Shown one piece after another: positions 20,212 through 29,612 of a stretch of DNA of 64,000 nt. Numbering within the stretch: the first letter of the stretch is position 1; each line of letters opens with the position of its first letter. Below the pieces are notes generated by a model, which was not told the origin of the DNA, did no database searches, and saw nothing but the letters and a program-made list of their open reading frames with translations. The translations under genes and the position numbers were made by a program. The stretch comes from an uncultured Candidatus Saccharibacteria bacterium (GTDB lineage: Bacteria > Patescibacteriota > UBA1384 > 2-12-FULL-50-11): the NCBI GenBank assembly GCA_964358205.1, contig CAYHNZ010000001.1, positions 3,168 to 67,167 of the forward strand. Direction: 5' to 3'.

Positions 20212-21222
20212 ATGAGGCAGCGTCTCCACCTGCTTACCAAACTCTTTTTGGCTCTTTTGGTGGGTGGCGTTATTTTTATTTCGGCTACTCGGGCACAAAC
20301 TGACACCGGCATTACTTTCGGTATAACGATTGCGCCAGTTATAGACGAATTTAGCTCTGAATCGGGAACAACAACGTCGCGAACAATCAAGATTACTAAT
20401 CCCATTCAGGAGGTGGTCACCCTTTATCCACAAGCGCTTAATATTTACTCCGATAACGACAAGGGTCAGCCAAAATTTTACAGCCTGAACGAACGTAACT
20501 CGCGCTACTCTGTTTCCGACTGGATTACATTCTCCAAGCCGTTAATAAGGATTGCGCCAGGTGAAGTTGAAGAATTTGCCTACAAGCTAACCGTCCCCAA
20601 GGATGCCGAGCCCGGTGGCCATTACGGTGCGGTGCTGTTTTCAACCAAACCGCCAGTTGTCCAAACACCAGACCCTAAAAATAGTCAAGTCAGCGTGGTT
20701 GGTCTAATCGGCACGCTCGTACTGCACACGGTTCCTGGAGCGGTCGTTCAGAAAGCAACTCTAACTAATTACTCTGCGCCAACAATTTTAATCCGGGCAC
20801 CAGCCAATTTTTCACTAACTTTCCAGAACACCGGTAATGTTCATATTAAACCAGTTGGCGAGATAAAGGTTCGCAATCTTTTTGGGGAAGTAACGACCAG
20901 CCTGAAGGTCAACGACGGCGGCGGTAGCGTTCTGCCGGAAAGCACTCGAAAATATGAAACCAGCTGGAAATTTAACTGGCAGCAGATCGGTAAATTTACC
21001 GCCTCTGCCGTCGTTACTTTTGGTACACCCGAGCAGCAAATAATCTCTGTTAGAACCTTTTACATCATTCCAGTTTGGTCGCTAGTGTTATCTGGCCTGA
21101 TTATATTAATAATTATTTGGTTGATTTTCCGGCGCCAACGCCGAGCGAAAACTATGCCACCGCCACCAACCTCACCACCGTCACCACCGGAACCAAAACG
21201 ACCAGGATTTGCGATGCGCTAA
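20212..21222 (+). CDS. Cell-surface protein with signal peptide, C-terminal TM anchor followed by RRQRR and Pro-rich tail; architecture resembles DUF916/DUF3324-type surface proteins
   Basis: 'LFLALLVGGVIFISATRAQT' signal; C-terminal 'IIPVWSLVLSGLIILIIIWLIFRRQRRAKTMPPPPTSPPSPPEP'; start set at internal ATG 20212. Confidence 0.45.
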   Translation: MRQRLHLLTKLFLALLVGGVIFISATRAQTDTGITFGITIAPVIDEFSSESGTTTSRTIKITNPIQEVVTLYPQALNIYSDNDKGQPKFYSLNERNSRYSVSDWITFSKPLIRIAPGEVEEFAYKLTVPKDAEPGGHYGAVLFSTKPPVVQTPDPKNSQVSVVGLIGTLVLHTVPGAVVQKATLTNYSAPTILIRAPANFSLTFQNTGNVHIKPVGEIKVRNLFGEVTTSLKVNDGGGSVLPESTRKYETSWKFNWQQIGKFTASAVVTFGTPEQQIISVRTFYIIPVWSLVLSGLIILIIIWLIFRRQRRAKTMPPPPTSPPSPPEPKRPGFAMR

Positions 21223-21612
21223 TTAAATAAACCAACGGCTAACGATTCTCCAGATCCGTTTTAATAGAGCGGGAATTGGTCGCTCGTCGCGTTGATAAAC
21301 CAAGCCGGGTTTGGAAAAATTAAGACTGGACTTGATTGACTGATATTGCTCGATAATTGATTGCGAATAAGGAACTTCTTTACCGTCGACTTCGCCCAAC
21401 ACTACTCGAGGTCGAGTTTCCTCGGCGGTATTGCTAATGATTTTTTGGATAGTCAAATTTTGATCGACCACAATTATTCGCTGGGGCAGAACTGTTGCAA
21501 CTACTGTGATTGTGCTTGAGGTGGTTTCGGTCGCCAACAGTAGTGCGTTAGCCAGTAGCACCGTCAATAAGGTGATGAGGCCGTAGCTAATTAGGTTGAG
21601 ACTCCTTTTCAT
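21223..21612 (-). CDS. Small signal-anchored protein, unknown function
   Basis: ORF with N-terminal hydrophobic segment 'LISYGLITLLTVLLANALLLA'. Confidence 0.35.
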   Translation of the reverse strand: MKRSLNLISYGLITLLTVLLANALLLATETTSSTITVVATVLPQRIIVVDQNLTIQKIISNTAEETRPRVVLGEVDGKEVPYSQSIIEQYQSIKSSLNFSKPGLVYQRDERPIPALLKRIWRIVSRWFI

Positions 21613-21614
21613 AG

Positions 21615-22061
21615 CTAAAATCTCACCACCTTAGCGTACACCAAATACCCGCTCGTGGAGTCATTTGGAAAGAATGGAAACATAATATAGAACCGATGAT
21701 CGATAAAGAGGCGATACGGCCGTAAGCGTTTTAACGACTGCTCGGGACTCTCATTGAGCACGCCAAGTGAAGACGCTCGTGAGATGCCAATGAAATTTGG
21801 TTGGGGTAAATCCTGACCGTTGCTGTAAGAAACCGTCAGGTTATCTATCTGCTGATAATACAGTTTAAATTGCTTGGCTATCGTGGCTATCTTAGCCGAA
21901 TCACCTTCAGTGAAAGCGGTAAAAATCTCTCTATTGCCTATAAGTTTTTGATACCGAGAATTAGCGCGCTCGCTGGCCAAGAACCAACTACCGACAAGTA
22001 AAAGCAGAAAAATAGTACCCAATAAAACCCACCGATCACGAATTGATCGTTTCTTCGTCAT
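21615..22061 (-). CDS. Membrane-anchored protein, unknown function
   Basis: ORF with N-terminal TM 'WVLLGTIFLLLLVGSWFLA'; 26-nt overlap with upstream gene. Confidence 0.35.
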   Translation of the reverse strand: MTKKRSIRDRWVLLGTIFLLLLVGSWFLASERANSRYQKLIGNREIFTAFTEGDSAKIATIAKQFKLYYQQIDNLTVSYSNGQDLPQPNFIGISRASSLGVLNESPEQSLKRLRPYRLFIDHRFYIMFPFFPNDSTSGYLVYAKVVRF

Positions 22062-23073
22062 GTTTGCGGATTACCCAGTAGATAACGGCAATGGCCAGGA
22101 TTGTTAACAACATTGAGCGGGTGCCGTTGCCGGTATTGATTCGATTCAGAGATGCGTCAAGCAGTTGCAACTCCTTGGTAGCTTCACTCTTTGGTAGATA
22201 GTAAATAATAAAAACGCCGCCACTATTGCCCAAATCAACTCGACTGGCCTCTACAAATGTTTCAGTCCCTTCGAAATTGATTTCTTCATCACGGAAGGTT
22301 TGGGCGCCGGCTATCAGCGCCGCGACCGCTCGATCCTCCTTAATATTAGTAGTTTTTGAGCGGACCCCATTGTTATCAAAGAGTATGTTGCCGTCGATAT
22401 CCGTTACAACAGATTTAAATGTTGCGTAGTCACTTTTTAGGGCGGCCGCTTGGAAATGATCATTGAGGGCGCTTAAACGGACGGCACTACAAACGATTGC
22501 TTGCAAATCTTGACCCTTTAAGAATGGGGCGCAATAATTGATTGACGCCGCGCCGTCCTTGAGAGTGTAGTAAACTTTACTAGCCGACCCTCTTTTCGTT
22601 TCGATTATATTTTTATAATACGGCTGACTAGAGGCGTTCGTCCCCAACAGCTGTTTTAGGGGGTCACTATCAAGATTTACCGCGATCACTACGCCAGTTT
22701 TATCTAGCACAAACAGCCCACTCCCGATCCCAGTCACGTCATGTTGTTGGTCGATAATTTTCGCAAGCGCCACTTTGTCGCCGCCGATCACGGCCGTCAC
22801 TGCCGGTCCGTAGTTAGTTAGACGAGAGGTGATATTGTAGACTTCGTTGAAGTAGTCGCTGACTACGGATACACTACCAGCGTGAAGAATATCCAATTCG
22901 GCCCAATATTTTTTCTCAAAGGCCTGTAAGTAATGAGTTTTAATTTTCTGACCGGTGTAACTATTATTGAGATATGTAGAAAAACCGAAAATAATAACCG
23001 CTACTAAGACCACCCTCATAATTATCCGGTGGCGTTTTAGTAGTTTTTTCCCCTTCCAAACCATGATATTCAT
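22036..23073 (-). CDS. Membrane protein with extracytoplasmic sensor-like (Cache-like) domain between two TM helices
   Basis: TM 'VVLVAVIIFGFSTYL' ... periplasmic ~280 aa ... C-terminal TM 'MLLTILAIAVIYWVI'; ORF-track start 23229 rejected because the extension overlaps tRNA-like sequence. Confidence 0.4.
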   Translation of the reverse strand: MNIMVWKGKKLLKRHRIIMRVVLVAVIIFGFSTYLNNSYTGQKIKTHYLQAFEKKYWAELDILHAGSVSVVSDYFNEVYNITSRLTNYGPAVTAVIGGDKVALAKIIDQQHDVTGIGSGLFVLDKTGVVIAVNLDSDPLKQLLGTNASSQPYYKNIIETKRGSASKVYYTLKDGAASINYCAPFLKGQDLQAIVCSAVRLSALNDHFQAAALKSDYATFKSVVTDIDGNILFDNNGVRSKTTNIKEDRAVAALIAGAQTFRDEEINFEGTETFVEASRVDLGNSGGVFIIYYLPKSEATKELQLLDASLNRINTGNGTRSMLLTILAIAVIYWVIRKHDEETINS

Positions 23074-23165
23074 ATTCACTTTACCACATTGCCGGGTAGT
23101 ATTTTCCTCACCCAAGAGACGGGTAATTGACTCTGGTTTATGATAAAATTGCAGAAGTATTTTCG

Positions 23166-23217
23166 CTCCGGGATCGGCTAAGGGCAGGCCTGCAGAATCT
23201 GGATCTGCCAACCTTGG
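23166..23217 (+). other. tRNA-Gln(CUG)-like 5' fragment (acceptor 5', D arm, anticodon arm, variable loop and T-stem 5' strand; lacks T loop and 3' acceptor)
   Basis: 'CTCCGGGATCGGCTAAGGGCAGGCCTGCAGAATCTGGATCTGCCAACCTTGG' aligns to the full tRNA-Gln at 23281. Confidence 0.55.
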
Positions 23218-23245
23218 CCCGCCCCGCACTTTACAGTCGTTATGC

Positions 23246-23453
23246 TCCCGAGTCGTCTACTACGAACTGACACTTTCTGTTCCGGGATCGTCTAGCGGTA
23301 GGACTGCAGATTCTGGATCTGCCAACCTTGGTTCGAATCCAAGTCCCGGAACAAAGTGTGTCAGTGAGAAGCGAGTCCGCCAACAAGCGGACGACAATGG
23401 TAGGACGCTAGGTTCTGGTCCTAGTAACCGGGGTTCGAATCCCTGCTCGGGAA
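23246..23453 (+). other. Interrupted 'outer' tRNA-Gln(CUG)-like gene: 5' piece 23246-23259 (acceptor + D-stem + first D-loop nt) and 3' piece 23397-23453 (rest of D loop to acceptor), separated by a 137-nt insert that contains the complete tRNA-Gln
   Basis: TCCCGAG...CTCGGGA acceptor pairing; 3' piece has anticodon stem CTAGG/CCTAG, loop TTCTGGT (CUG), T arm CGGGG-TTCGAAT-CCCTG. Confidence 0.5.
23281..23351 (+). tRNA. tRNA-Gln (anticodon CUG), complete cloverleaf, no encoded CCA; flanked by 12-13-bp inverted repeats (CTGACACTTTCTG / CAAAGTGTGTCAG)
   Basis: TCCGGGA-TC-GTCT-AGCGGTA-GGAC-T-GCAGA-TTCTGGA-TCTGC-CAAC-CTTGG-TTCGAAT-CCAAG-TCCCGGA-A; close to E. coli tRNA-Gln. Confidence 0.85.
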
Positions 23454-23711
23454 CAGTTTAGGGTTGGTAACGATTGCCTCCTTTAACGATGAGCGTTGCT
23501 TCCTTTGCCAATCTTTTTGTGATGTACTACACTTAATGAAGGTACGATCAGGGAAATTAAATGTGGCAAATTGGCCTAATGACTCTTGCTCGGACAGCAA
23601 TTTTCAAGTAGAGTGTGACTTGCACGTTAGGTTATAGGCTGTTGCGGAGTTGAAAAGCAGAAAGGCTCTACTGCGGAGTGTTATTAGACTGGCTTGCCGG
23701 TATCGAACGCA

Positions 23712-24188
23712 CTACGATGAAGGAATGTCGCCCTTCCAACTCCACAATAGCTCATAACCCTTGAGATAATTCTCGTCTCGTACCCGAAGGCAAGTGACAA
23801 CGTAATTCATTTCTTCAATTACACCGTCCTCAAGGTCGGTCATTTTTGTTTCAATCGAGCAAAGGTACATAAATTTCCCAATCATTTTGAAGAAGCAAAG
23901 GCTGCCTCGCTTGCTGGTTTTATTAAGATAAACTCGATCAGGGAAACGCACAATTTTAGCCATATTTTTCAAAACTACATCAAACTCCTCGGCAGGCTTT
24001 CGGTCGTATAGGTGTTTGATAACTCTGGTTGTAATGTGCACTTTAGCGATAGTTAAATTGCAGCCTTGCCTGGTAGCGAGGGTCAAATTAGTAAGATAAA
24101 GAGTCAAATCGACAACAATGGCCTCTGGGTCTGTTCCTTCAATACGTTCCGAGAAGGCTTTATCGAGACTGCTTTCCATCTCGTCCAT
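23712..24188 (-). CDS. Hypothetical protein (158 aa)
   Basis: ORF only. Confidence 0.3.
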   Translation of the reverse strand: MDEMESSLDKAFSERIEGTDPEAIVVDLTLYLTNLTLATRQGCNLTIAKVHITTRVIKHLYDRKPAEEFDVVLKNMAKIVRFPDRVYLNKTSKRGSLCFFKMIGKFMYLCSIETKMTDLEDGVIEEMNYVVTCLRVRDENYLKGYELLWSWKGDIPSS

Positions 24189-24329
24189 AATAAGTCAAAA
24201 GTTGAACCCTGTCTTCAGGGCTGGCTGAAACAGCTCTAACTCCTGCTGAAACGAAAATTTGCTTCGTACGAGAAGCCAGCTCGGCGGATAGTTAGTACAA
24301 ATCAATGAAATTACGTTAAGATAAAAACT

Positions 24330-27300
24330 ATGATGGGTGGGAGGGGTTTTATAGGAGGGCGATTAATCCATTCCGGTCAAAAGTTTTGGCGAAGATTGTC
24401 GAGCCGACGGCGGGTAAATATTTTAATCGTAGTTGGAGTTTTAACACTGATTGTCGGTGGCTTACTTCGTAATGATTTTACGGCTCAAGAGATTGGCTCG
24501 AACGAAGCCCATAACGGTTTACCGCAACTACCGGCCGAACAAGGTGGACCGGTTATCTATCGCCCGAGCGAGAGCGTTTTGCCAGGCGAAACCCTTAACC
24601 TGACTGGCGGTAACTTTAGTGCCCAAGCGACGGCCGTGATCCAGTTGATCAACAACAACGGCACACGCGCCGCTAGCCGCGCCTTGACCCTCGAGAATCA
24701 GAGCGCTTTCTTAATTCAAGCCACCGTTCCTGCCGATTTGACACCCGGCCTCTGGTCGGTTTGGGTCGAACAAATTGTCGACAAGACATTGGTGGCCAGT
24801 AACGAAGTTTATATTAACGCCCCCGATGTGAGCCACTACCCAACTCCCGACGTTGCTCCGGGCGAGAGCCTTGCTATTTACGGTCGGAACCTCACAAAAG
24901 ATAAAAACGACGCTAACGGTTACCGGCAAAGTGCGGTGGTTTTCAAACATAATGGAACAAGCCTGACGGCATCGGTAACGGGTGGCGATTGGTTCCATTT
25001 GGTTGTCAAAGCCCCAGCGGGATTGCAACCGGGTACCGACTACGATGTCTATGTCTCGAATGGTTTGGGTGGTGAGCTAGGCTTGATTAAAGCCCAAAGC
25101 GATAAGCCGCTCAAAGTGGTGGCCGCCGGGACAGCCGATACCTTGGGACTTGGCGTCAACTGGGCTCGCAAACTGGATTTCGTCAACGATGCATCCCGAA
25201 CCTACAACGTTAAAACCGACCCGCGCCTTGCTCGTAAAGCCGTTGGTGACGGAGTAACCAACGATCGGCAAGCGATTCAAGAAGCCATTGACGCGGCCGC
25301 CGCTGGAGGTGGTGGAGTAGTCTACCTGCCGCAAAGTACCTACTACGTTAGTATTGGCACAAACGACACTATTGTTCTTCGTAGCAAGGTGGTTCTCAAG
25401 GGTGAAGGTACCGACAAGACGACGATTAAATACGGCGTGCGGGATGTGAAGGACTTAAGCTATTTCTTGCGTTTTCAGGATATCGATAATGGTGCTGGTG
25501 GTTTAGCCGGTATTACAAGTTTGACAATTACCAATATTAATCACGACAATAGTGATCCAAACTTAGATTTTGTCGGTGGCTCGGCTGGTATTAGTTTTGG
25601 TAACGCCGGTCAGACATTTATGACCAAAGTCAAATACGATATGGGCCCGCATGATTTCGTCGGAAGCGAGTACTCAAGCCAGCTACTAATTAGTGACTCG
25701 GAGATGACCAGCCTCTACAGCTGGATCGGCCCAGCTTTTCGTTTTTCTGGGAAAAAGCCAAATGCCGAGATGTCGGCCGAGCGGAGTGCAAACTCCGGTT
25801 ATTACAACCGATACAGCGGCAATACATTTACATACCTTAACGGCCGATTTTCTTTGTTTGAACAACAAGACTCGACTTTTGAAAATAATCAAGTCATTAG
25901 CGATGTCCGGGCCCAGCCGAACCTCCAAACCCATAACACATGTTGTAGCGGAGGCGTCACCTTTAATTTTAGTAACTTCACCGCCCTGATCGGCAATACC
26001 GTCAAGACCGTCAACGGTATCAATCGGTTCGGTGTAAACGACAGAGAAGCCTTTGTGACCGAGAACCCCCTCGAAGGCTTGTGGCATATGGGTAGCGTCA
26101 CCGACAGTACCGAAACCACCCTGACGGACAATACCCAACAGTGGGAAGATGTCATCAACGGTCGTTGGCCAACCTATAATAACGGCCTTAGTTTCGGCCA
26201 GCCGCATAAACGTGGTGACGCTGCATACAATGCTAGTACCAACACCAACGGTGACGACTGGGACGGTGATGTCCCGCTTAAGCCGGGTAGCCGGCTTCAG
26301 CCGTGGGACCCGATCAGCATTCAGCGTTTGGTGGTGGCGATTACCGATGGAACTGGGCAGGGACAGTGGCGTTACATTACGGCCAACACCCCCACCACCC
26401 TTACTATTGACCGACCCTGGGACTTAAAGCCAGACAGCACTAGCCAGTATAAAATTACCGTCCCGGTGACGATAGACGTGGTCATTGCCAAAAACACGAT
26501 TGAGAACGCTAACGCCGGAATTATCCTTTATGATGGGGGTATTCGAAACCTCATCGCTGACAACCGTGTCATTAATGCCGGCGAAGTGAGTATCTACGCT
26601 AAAGATATTCACAGCGGCTACAATCAACCCTCGTGCGATTTTATGGGGCGGATTATTGGCGATGACCCCTACTCGCCAACACGCGAATCTTTTCCTCGGG
26701 TGGAAAGCAATAACGTGCCGGCCGCTTTCCACGACTGTTATCGCCTCGGCTTAGCCTGGGATAACGAGATAGTCGACAACACCAACGAGAATACCAACGG
26801 CAATTACCCGGCCCAGTTCTACGTCATAAATAATAACTTTATTAACGGTAGCGACCATGACGAGCAGGATTATCTTACGGATGATTGCAACGGTGACGGT
26901 AAAGTTGATAGTGCTGACGCGGCTTGCAATAATGATTACCGCAAAAATCTTCGGGCACCTTTCCATAACAATTCCATGTTTAATACGGTCTTGCGAGACA
27001 ACAAAATCGTTGCCGGAGACAGATTGATGGACGGTAATTACTTATCTAAATTGCCAAATCGTTTTAATTATTTTAGTTTCGACTTCAGTTCCAAGGAACG
27101 TTACTACGTGTTGGCTGGTGGATCAGCTCAAGGACTACTCCAGGAGACTGATGCCGCCAACAAGGCCGTCATCGGGACGATCTTAGACAATAATACCATC
27201 AGTAATATGGGTAACGGTTCAGATGATCAACCTTATATTTTCTCGTTGGGTACGAGCCAAACTACGCTCAAAAGTCTCGGTCAACCTTCGACCGCCTGCT

Positions 27301-27896
27301 ACCGGATCAATCTCACCAAACCCCGTGGCGATCAATCGGCTGGAGGCCTAAATCTACTTTTCTTGGACGCGAATCGTCAAACCACAAACTACAAAACAAA
27401 CCAACAGTATGTAGCTAGTCTGGGTAGCGAGCAAACCGATGCCATCGGTCGAGCAACAATTAACGATGCCGCTGCCAATTTCCTTTTGCGCTATCGTTAC
27501 ACAATTACCCAACGAGCTGATAACGGGGTAATCTGGCAGCAACATCACTGGGTACCAATTGACGCCAACCAGAAGTACACCACTTGGTATAAAGTGCCTG
27601 GCTATCTAGGCAAGAGAACCAACGGGGTATTGGCGAGCGCTCTTTTTGACCCGACTAAATGCGGCACAACCGGCGTTCTCGATTTGACTAAAGCAATTTT
27701 GGGAGACTTCAATAATGATAATCAAATCACCGAGGCCGACATCACGGTCGCCATCCAAGCCTACAACGGCACGACGGATAGCGCCGCTGCAAAAACAGCC
27801 CTCGGTGCCTACAACGACCTTTTGACAATTAAGGATTTGGCGGCGCTTATCAAAACCTTCAACACCTCCTCTAAAGGCGATCCTAACTCGCCGTAA
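24330..27896 (+). CDS. Large secreted right-handed parallel beta-helix (pectate-lyase-fold) protein with Ca-binding DxDxDG-like loops and C-terminal dockerin-like module
   Basis: N-terminal TM/signal; beta-helix-style repeats; 'DDCNGDGKVDSADAA'; C-terminal 'LGDFNNDNQITEADITVAIQAY...AYNDLLTIKDLAALIK' dockerin-like duplicated segment. Confidence 0.6.
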   Translation: MMGGRGFIGGRLIHSGQKFWRRLSSRRRVNILIVVGVLTLIVGGLLRNDFTAQEIGSNEAHNGLPQLPAEQGGPVIYRPSESVLPGETLNLTGGNFSAQATAVIQLINNNGTRAASRALTLENQSAFLIQATVPADLTPGLWSVWVEQIVDKTLVASNEVYINAPDVSHYPTPDVAPGESLAIYGRNLTKDKNDANGYRQSAVVFKHNGTSLTASVTGGDWFHLVVKAPAGLQPGTDYDVYVSNGLGGELGLIKAQSDKPLKVVAAGTADTLGLGVNWARKLDFVNDASRTYNVKTDPRLARKAVGDGVTNDRQAIQEAIDAAAAGGGGVVYLPQSTYYVSIGTNDTIVLRSKVVLKGEGTDKTTIKYGVRDVKDLSYFLRFQDIDNGAGGLAGITSLTITNINHDNSDPNLDFVGGSAGISFGNAGQTFMTKVKYDMGPHDFVGSEYSSQLLISDSEMTSLYSWIGPAFRFSGKKPNAEMSAERSANSGYYNRYSGNTFTYLNGRFSLFEQQDSTFENNQVISDVRAQPNLQTHNTCCSGGVTFNFSNFTALIGNTVKTVNGINRFGVNDREAFVTENPLEGLWHMGSVTDSTETTLTDNTQQWEDVINGRWPTYNNGLSFGQPHKRGDAAYNASTNTNGDDWDGDVPLKPGSRLQPWDPISIQRLVVAITDGTGQGQWRYITANTPTTLTIDRPWDLKPDSTSQYKITVPVTIDVVIAKNTIENANAGIILYDGGIRNLIADNRVINAGEVSIYAKDIHSGYNQPSCDFMGRIIGDDPYSPTRESFPRVESNNVPAAFHDCYRLGLAWDNEIVDNTNENTNGNYPAQFYVINNNFINGSDHDEQDYLTDDCNGDGKVDSADAACNNDYRKNLRAPFHNNSMFNTVLRDNKIVAGDRLMDGNYLSKLPNRFNYFSFDFSSKERYYVLAGGSAQGLLQETDAANKAVIGTILDNNTISNMGNGSDDQPYIFSLGTSQTTLKSLGQPSTACYRINLTKPRGDQSAGGLNLLFLDANRQTTNYKTNQQYVASLGSEQTDAIGRATINDAAANFLLRYRYTITQRADNGVIWQQHHWVPIDANQKYTTWYKVPGYLGKRTNGVLASALFDPTKCGTTGVLDLTKAILGDFNNDNQITEADITVAIQAYNGTTDSAAAKTALGAYNDLLTIKDLAALIKTFNTSSKGDPNSP

Positions 27897-27898
27897 TA

Positions 27899-29113
27899 AT
27901 GCTACTCGGCGGAAAACGGCTAATTACATTGGGCTGTCTGCTAATTTTGGCGGTAGCTTACTCCGGCGACAGACTCTTAGCCAAAGATCTTCCCGGAGCG
28001 GGCGGCAATCAACAAGCCACCGTTAACGCTATTCTCGGTTTTAGCCAGGCCAGCTATACTGGCGCCGTTGGAACAAACACCTCAATCGATCTGGTTGTCA
28101 ACAGCGGCAGTAACGGCTTGAGTATTGTCTCCGTCGCTATTAGCTATCCGGCCAACCTGCTCCGATTTATCGGTGCGGACTATGGAGGTTCCGCTTTTCC
28201 GACTACTGTTAGGGAGGCCGAAGACACCGCTGGAACGATCACTCTTTCCCGAGCCAATTTGAATAACGGAGGGTTTAGTGGTAGTCAGGGTTTGATAGCC
28301 CATCTTAACTTTACCCTCATTGCCCAAGGCTCGACCTTAATCCAAATAAATCAAAATGCCTCCGATGTTCGCGACTATATCTTTGCCGAGAACGTTTTGG
28401 CCAGCGTCACTAGCGCCGCGGTAACTGTTACCCAGGCTGGCGGCGGTACGAGTAAAGGTCCGGGTGGCGGCACCGGCGGTGGAGGAGGGGGTGGTGGTAA
28501 TGGTGGCGGAGGAAGTGGATCTGGTGGCAGTGGTGGAACCGGCAGTGGTAACACCGGTGGGAGTAGCGGTAGTACCACCACCGAAGAAGGCTCGTCAATA
28601 TCAACGGACGGAAGTCAGTCAAACCCAGGCAACCAGAGCAATCAAACCCAGAGCAATAAGAGAGCGACCAAGCCGGTCGTTACCACCTATCCCGACACCG
28701 ATAACTTCCGCAATTTAGTAGTGAAGGCTCTGACCAACCAGGCCATTATTAGCTGGGAAAGTCCGACTGCTTACACTTACGAGCTGAAGTATCAGCTAAC
28801 GAACGGTCAAGCGATTGACGCCCAAACAATTCGCTCCGACCAACCCAACACTCTTTTCCAGGCGGTCATCTCCAATCTAGAAAGCTGTCGAAATTATGGT
28901 TTTACCATCACTCTTTTTGAGGAAAAAAAGACCGTCGAAATGCGCAACGACAGCTTCACCACCCTTGGTTGTAAATTTCTACTACCCGTCGATCCCGTGA
29001 CTGGTCGACTGTCCTCTGTCACCAGCCTACTGATTGCCATCGGTATAACGGCTCTAATAGGTCTAATCAGCTTTTTTACCATCTGGGCTGTCAAAATCTT
29101 TCACGGTCGATAA
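27899..29113 (+). CDS. Membrane-anchored scaffold-like protein: signal peptide, cohesin-like domain, Gly-rich linker, FN3-like domain, C-terminal TM anchor
   Basis: Cohesin-like ~150 aa ('TSIDLVVNSGSNGLSIVSVAISYPANLLRFIGADYG...'); GGT-repeat linker; C-terminal 'LLIAIGITALIGLISFFTIWAV'. Confidence 0.5.
   Translation: MLLGGKRLITLGCLLILAVAYSGDRLLAKDLPGAGGNQQATVNAILGFSQASYTGAVGTNTSIDLVVNSGSNGLSIVSVAISYPANLLRFIGADYGGSAFPTTVREAEDTAGTITLSRANLNNGGFSGSQGLIAHLNFTLIAQGSTLIQINQNASDVRDYIFAENVLASVTSAAVTVTQAGGGTSKGPGGGTGGGGGGGGNGGGGSGSGGSGGTGSGNTGGSSGSTTTEEGSSISTDGSQSNPGNQSNQTQSNKRATKPVVTTYPDTDNFRNLVVKALTNQAIISWESPTAYTYELKYQLTNGQAIDAQTIRSDQPNTLFQAVISNLESCRNYGFTITLFEEKKTVEMRNDSFTTLGCKFLLPVDPVTGRLSSVTSLLIAIGITALIGLISFFTIWAVKIFHGR
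28441..28600. repeat. GGT/GGC-rich low-complexity DNA encoding poly-Gly/Ser linker
   Basis: 'GGCGGCGGTACGAGTAAAGGTCCGGGTGGCGGCACCGGCGGTGGAGGAGGGGGTGGTGGTAATGGTGGC...'. Confidence 0.8.
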
Positions 29114-29612
29114 GATGTACAAAGTATTTTATGGCTTGGCAGTTTTGGTGGCGTTGGCGCTGATAATTATCGGCGTCGTGGCTAGTCGCAAAAACGATAG
29201 CCCAACCAACGGCGACTCCTTTAACACCGACCAACTCCAAGACGCTGAACAGAAAACCCCTTAGAGCCTGACAATAATCTAACCGCAACATCCAAACTAA
29301 TAACAATACTACTTGCCGGTTAAAACAGCCCCATTTCGTCTGCAAACCACTCATCCTTCCTCACCGTATCTCAATATGGTTCGTCGGTCTTCGTGGTTTT
29401 CGCTTGAAATGGGACAGTTTTTCCTCGGCATTAGATTTTGTCAGGCTCTTAAGGGCAAGGCTAAAGTTATAAGGCTAAAGTCTGAAGTAAGTGACAACTT
29501 TCAAGTATTAAGTAATTAGAACTTATTACCTATTACTTACTTTGAACGGACCGCCATCCGCCAGCGGCGGTGAAAAGCGAGGGATAGCGACAAATAACTA
29601 ATTGATCAGGTA

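Noticed and set aside
22036-23229. ORF-track start for the 397-aa minus-strand protein at 23229
   Set aside because: The first 52 codons (MRGGPRLADPDSAGLPLADP...) are the antisense of tRNA-Gln-like fragment A and lack protein-like character. The internal ATG at 23073 is followed immediately by a TM helix.
28375-28718. Pro-rich and His/Arg-rich ORFs (28375-28581 -, 28428-28622 -, 28464-28718 +)
   Set aside because: Alternative-frame or antisense translations of the GGT/GGC linker repeat inside the cohesin-like gene.
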